From NCBI GenBank assembly GCA_002104945.1, contig MCFH01000218.1, forward strand, positions 1-15,051: a DNA stretch of 15,051 nucleotides. Reading direction: 5' to 3'. Shown in pieces: positions 8,744 through 15,051 of the stretch. A program made the position numbers and the translations under genes. This DNA comes from Piromyces finnis finn (taxonomy: Eukaryota > Fungi > Neocallimastigomycota). Positions within the stretch are counted from its first letter, which is position 1; every line of letters starts with the position of its first letter. A model generated the notes under the pieces. That model was not told where the DNA came from and did not search any database. It was given only the letters and a program-made list of their open reading frames with translations.

Positions 8744-11036
8744 TTTTACCTTTAATAATTATATTAATTATAAACATTATAATATATATTTTAAAACAAT
8801 AAAAATTAATACTTTGTTATAACAATTATTATTAAAATTTTTCATGTATAATTGATATTATATATCAAATTATTTTATTTCTTTTGTTTAAGCTTATTTT
8901 TATTTTATTTTTTTTTTATTCTTTCTTTTTTTTTAATATATTTACTTTATTTTATTAACTATATGTTTAGTAAAAAAAAAAAGTTTTTTTGAATAATACT
9001 CTTTATTCAAATAAATAAATAAATAATTTTATGATATTATAAATAATTATAAGGTTAAAATAAAAATATGGATTTTTTGTTCTTTTTATATAAAAATTTT
9101 TTTCTAGTTTTTTTTAAAGAATATATCTAGGAATTAGGAATTATGTAAATTATGATTTATAGTATATTTTATTACATAGATAGCCATTAAATTATTAATT
9201 CATTAATACAACCCTAATTATTATTATTAATTGTACATTGTGTATAATATAATAATTATTATAATTATATTTAAAATAGTAATAATAAAAAAAGGATTAT
9301 TGATTTCAATTCAATAAACTTTATTTCCCATTGATTATAATATATTAATATTATGATTATGATTAATATTATTATATGGTAGAATGATAATTAAAAAATT
9401 AATATTACGAATTTTTTAATTATCAAAAATTATTTCATTAGGATTAACAAATTAAAAAAATACATAAAAAAATTATTAAACTATACATTGATTTGAAAAG
9501 AAAATAAGTACTTTTTAGGAATAATAATAATATAAAATAATTGGTGTTATTGCTATTATAATTGTTACAATTATATATTTACTTTTATTATTTATTTTAG
9601 TATTATTTTTATTATTATTATTTATTATTTATTATTATCAATTTTTTTATTTTTTTACTTCAACATAATCTTCTATTTATTTATCCCTATTAAAGCATTT
9701 AATCCATGTTTTAATTCAATAAACAAAATAGTTAATATATTTTAGATATTAAAAGTTTAATATATTAATATAATATATTATATTGTGTTATATAGCAATA
9801 TATTTTTAATATTAAATTTTATACTTTTATAACCGGAATCATCAAATTGTAGTAATATAAATATATGGCTTTATATGTTAGTAAATGGAAAGATATTTAT
9901 TTCAATATATTTTAATATATTATATAATGTATTTATCAATATATTAATATGTATATATATTCAAATTATTACAAATCACCAACGGTTTTCATTTAAAAAT
10001 TGCAGTTTATAGGCATGATTAAATTTTAATGATGAAGTAATAAAAATTAAGGTTAATCGTAAATGATTTGAATATATATATAATTACCATAATAATCTAT
10101 TATATTGCTAATATATTGATAATATACTGAATATTAATAATAAAAATGGTACAATAAAATAACTTAACATTTTAAATTATATTATATATTTATATTAATA
10201 ATATATAATTTTATATTGAAAATATTAAGATCTATTTATTTGTTTGTTGTTGTATAAAGATCATAATCTGTCAAATTTATTATTATAAAACAAGGCGTCT
10301 CAAAATCATACAATAATTTAATATATGTTAGGATGCAAAAATAAAAGAGAAAAAATATTACAGCATCGGATTTTAAAAAAATATGGCATTTTTATTATTT
10401 ATTATTAAAAAATAATAAAAGGGTGTTATATAAATTCATGTATAATGCTATAGTATAAAATATTATATTTCTAATAATTAGTTAATATAAAATAAAAAAA
10501 TAAATAATTATAATAAACTTTGATACAATCATAAAATTGTTTCTGACACAAAAACATAAAGACCATTTAATGAATAATCTAAGAGAATATTTAATTAGAA
10601 TAGTAATATTAAAAAAGTGCACCACCATTATAAACTTTACTTTATCCTCTTATTATATCAAAGACCTACTAATGTAAAATATATAGTGAAAGGTTATAGT
10701 TAAATTTAATATTCAATTTATAAATAATAATTACTGTAACTTTTTATTAAACGTTATTAGTAATCATTTAAACATTAATTATCTATTTATTTATTTAATT
10801 TATGTATATTATTATATTATTATTATTTAAAAGAAGCATACAAATTTTATAAAAAGGTTAACTGATATTCAATAAATATTACTTCTATTACAGAAATAAT
10901 ATGCTAATACCTTTATTAATACATATTAAGGGTTGGATTTTTCCTTAATTAATAATATAATTTTATATAATTTTAATAATAAGATTAATAAACTTTGTGA
11001 TAACAAATCTATATTAAGAATTTTTTCATTAAGAAA

Positions 11037-11488
<452 letters not shown>

Positions 11489-12975
11489 GGAATATTAATA
11501 ATTTTATATAATTATAATCTAACAACATAAAAACTTTAATCTTGGTTAATTTTAATTTTTTATGGAAATATTTACATTTTTATATACATTATTGCTTTTA
11601 TTATATACATTTATGCATTATTTATAAATATATTTGGTTTTTTATGGAATTTTTTAGAATAATTGATTTAATTTAGATAAAATTTATCTCTAATATAGGA
11701 ATTTATACATTAGAATCAATTTTAGCCATATATTAATAATTATTAAAATAGGTGTCAACTTATCAAAAAAAAAAAAAAGAATATTAAAAAAGTATTAGTA
11801 TATTTCATTTTTGGATTATAGTGAAATATTTTATTTTTATATATCTATCAAAAAAATAAATATATTTTTAATATAAAATGATATTTAAAAATTATGGTGA
11901 TATATAAACTATGGAAATAGTTTATTATAATAAACAACAACAACAACAAAAAAAAAGGAAATATAATATTTATAACTATTTTTATATTTAATTAAGAATA
12001 ATTTAAAAATAAATTAAATAAACTATCGATTTTTATTTATTTATTAGAATTAGGAATTAAAAAAAAATTTACAGAAAAATTAAAGTATTGATATGAAATC
12101 CTTTTTTAATTATTTAAATAGGAAATACCAAATCTCCAAATTTAATTATTTCTTAATTTTTTTTGTATAATCATCTAATCCTTGATAATATTATTTATGA
12201 ATTATATTAAATCATTCTTAGTTAACTTTTTTTTTGAAAAAAAAAAAAAAAAAAGACAATTTTAACACTATTAATGTTTTATTCTATATAACAATTACAT
12301 TTAACATTTCCGAATATTTATAGATATATTATAATTCATAGTAAAAAAAAGGATACATGATTTAAAGAATAAAATACATAATTTATTATATTATTTTTTA
12401 TTTATTTTTATTAAATTAAAATATTGAAAAGTAAATATATATATATAATTATTGATTAAATAAATATAAAAAATATACTAAAACTTAGTAAAGAAAAAAG
12501 ATAATATACCTTAAGAATCTAAAATAAAACTTAAAAACTATTTTTTTTAGAAAAAAAAAAAAAAAAGAAAAGAAAAAAGAGTAAAGAATTTATTATTTAT
12601 TTTTTAAATAATAACTAGTAATTAAAAAAAAAAAAAATTAAAACAAATAAATATCACAAAGGATTTTTATAGTATCCATTAATATATACTAAAAAGATAT
12701 TAAATAAAAAAAATATATAAAAATTTCTTATAAATAAATAACTGCTTTTTTTTCTCTTTTAATCCATTTTTTTCTAATTTTTATATTAATAATAGAATCT
12801 ATAATGAAATATTAATTTAAATCATTATAAGTTTATGTTATTATTGTCATCCTTTTTTCCTAATATTTTTGCCCTGTTCTTTTTTTTCTTTTGATTTTTT
12901 ATATACTATTTTTAATTTCTTATCTGCTTTTTTTTTTCTTTTTTCTTTTTATTTTCTTGAATCGTCTAAATATAT

Positions 12976-14301
12976 TTATTCAAAATCCCAGTCGTATTCT
13001 TGGAAATAAAGGTGACCAATACGCTTGCAATGATTAACTAAATTACGCTTATTCATAACTAAAGTTTTTAATGGATAGTCATATGGTAATTGAATGATAC
13101 TTGCAATGAAAGAGAAAATATAGATATCAAGTGAAGTTGGTTCTTGAGTTCCGAAAACGTATTCAGATTCTCCAAGTAAGCTAGACAAACACTTAATATC
13201 TTCATTAGCAAGTTCATATAATTCATCATCACTAAATCTACCAAGACCTTGTAAGTGTAAAGTATTTTGAACATTTTTTTTAATTTTACTTAAAATACAT
13301 GATCTACAATACCATGGAATATCCTTGAAGCAAGTTTTAGTGAAGTTATAACCATCCTTAGTTAACCATCTTTGTTTCATGATAATGAAGTATAAATGAT
13401 CTTCTAATAATCTATTTATATTAAAGTTATAAATTAATATTAATTTATTATTCCATTATCAACTAAATATATTCTAATATTTTTATAAAGCTTATAAAAC
13501 ACTTTTCATGATTTAAATAAACATATATACCTTTTAGTAGCAAGAGCAATAGCCTTTTCATCACTAACTAAATTAGAATCTGGATCAAATTCAATTTGAT
13601 CATTTATCCAATGATAATGAAACTAGAATCCTATTTATATGTTTTTAATTAATGTATATATTTGATTTAATTATTACATAATTAGGCTTTTAATATAACT
13701 TTTATATATATATATTTTTCTGAATTCATAATATCTGAATTTTTATAATAATTAATATTAAAATTAATTTATATTTTATTTTTTAAAACCTACATCAAGA
13801 ATTTCACCATTTCTTTCAATGAATGGAAGTTTTCCTTTTGGAGCTAAATTGAAATTTGGCTTTGAAACAACAGTATACTTAAGACTAGCAAAACGAAGAT
13901 AAGCTTCGAGTTTAAGGCAGAATGAGACTTTTAAAATGGAATAGAAATAAAATATAAATTAGATTTTAAATTGATTTAATAACAATATTATAATTAATAA
14001 TGATATTATATTTACAAGTGATGGTAAGTATTGATCAACATTTCCGTATTTATGAAGATAAATCATATCTTCTTCGTAATTTCTTTTTTTTAAACAGAAA
14101 CTATTTTTAATGTTACGGAAGAACTTTTAATATTGGAACATAACAATAACAGCAAATAAAAATCCTGAAAACATAAAATTGGAGAATGGTCATTGGGTAT
14201 TTTGGGAAGGATAAAATCCATTTTCTTTTTATTGGTTTGTCATAAAGATCAATAAATTCTGATACTTTATTAACAAAATATTGAATTTGTTCTTTTTCCA
14301 T
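12976..14301 (-). CDS. FAX/metaxin-like glutathione S-transferase-fold protein; exons ~14301-14016, 13927-13794, 13630-13531, 13411-12976
   Basis: Spliced translation: KKRNYEEDMIYLHKYG...LPSL|S(P)FCLKLEAYLRFA...PKGKLPFIERNGEILD|DSSFII..|RLLEDHLYFIIMKQRW...LSSLLGESEYVFGTQEPTSLDIYIF. GT..AG introns. Needs 1-bp corrections at ~13924 and ~13611. The 5' part of exon 1 (hydrophobic anchor-like stretch, start codon) is uncertain. Confidence 0.85.
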
Positions 14302-15051
14302 TTTTTTTGTGTCTTTATAAAAGAATGATTTTTTAATATTGAATATAATATAAAAAAGGAAGAAAAAAAAAAGAATAATTTTAGGAAACAAACACAATAA
14401 AATATTTGGTATAATATATATATTAAAAAATACTATATATTAAATTAAATATTCTTTATATTTGTTATGCTTATTTAAAAATACTATTAATTCATCCATA
14501 ATAAATTATAATTTCCTTTTAAAAGGAATTTGTGATTATTTAATTTAAGTACATTTTTTTTTTTTTTTTCTATCAATTTACTGTTAAATTTATTCTATAA
14601 TCTTTCTGGACAATAGATTAATATAGTAAAGTACTTCTATTGTTGTCATCTTAAATATTTATATATATTACCTATATTAATTAAAAACGAATTTTTTTTT
14701 TAAGTATTATTTTTAAAATAATATAATTGTTAAAAAAGAAATTTTATTTCTAATTTTTTTTTTTGCTAATAGATTAGTTTATTTTTTTTTTTACAATACA
14801 TTACATTAATAAATTTAATTAAATAAATATATAAACATGGATTATTATTGGTTTCTAAAAATTTATTGTACAAATAAATTAAATTAAGTTTTTTTTTATT
14901 AAAATAAAATTTAGTATAGATGCTTAATAAAAAAGTAAAACCGAGGCGGACCAAAAATAATTGATTAACATTGATATTAATTATTGTAATATATAAATAG
15001 AGAAGATATAATTAAAAAAATTGTGTTTAAATATATAAATTTAACTTAATA

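Noticed and set aside
8744-11030. Hidden exons or RNA genes in the long intergenic region
   Set aside because: Extremely AT-rich with no coding-like stretch, tRNA cloverleaf or convincing repeat that I could support.
13068-14954. ORFs 13068-13274, 14113-14397 (as called) and 14766-14954
   Set aside because: The first is an alternative frame of the FAX-like last exon. The second overlaps exon 1 but starts in AT-rich upstream DNA and drifts out of frame. The third is low-complexity AT-rich noise.

Overview
Very AT-rich eukaryotic DNA with spliceosomal GT-AG introns. The composition and the fungal-type threonine aldolase suggest an early-diverging fungus such as an anaerobic gut fungus; this is inference only. 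From left to right the window holds: (i) a ~1.6-kb foldback inverted duplication (1-~750 vs ~821-1605) of the 3' end of (ii) an apparently full-length non-LTR retrotransposon on the minus strand (~900-5500). The element seems to encode one ~1500-aa polyprotein (RRM-like N-terminus, Q/S/N-rich linker, APE endonuclease, RT, CCHC knuckle, C-terminal extension), broken by many 1-bp homopolymer indels that look like long-read errors. (iii) Upstream of the element lies a strongly structured block (6042-6617): consecutive hairpins plus ~3.8 copies of a 124-bp monomer whose G-U wobbles favour a minus-strand RNA. Further right are (iv) an intact intronless low-specificity L-threonine aldolase (GLY1-like), (v) an (ATT)~70 microsatellite expanded in only one arm of a small inverted repeat, and (vi) a 4-exon FAX/metaxin-like GST-fold gene. 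No CRISPR array, tRNA or rRNA was found.
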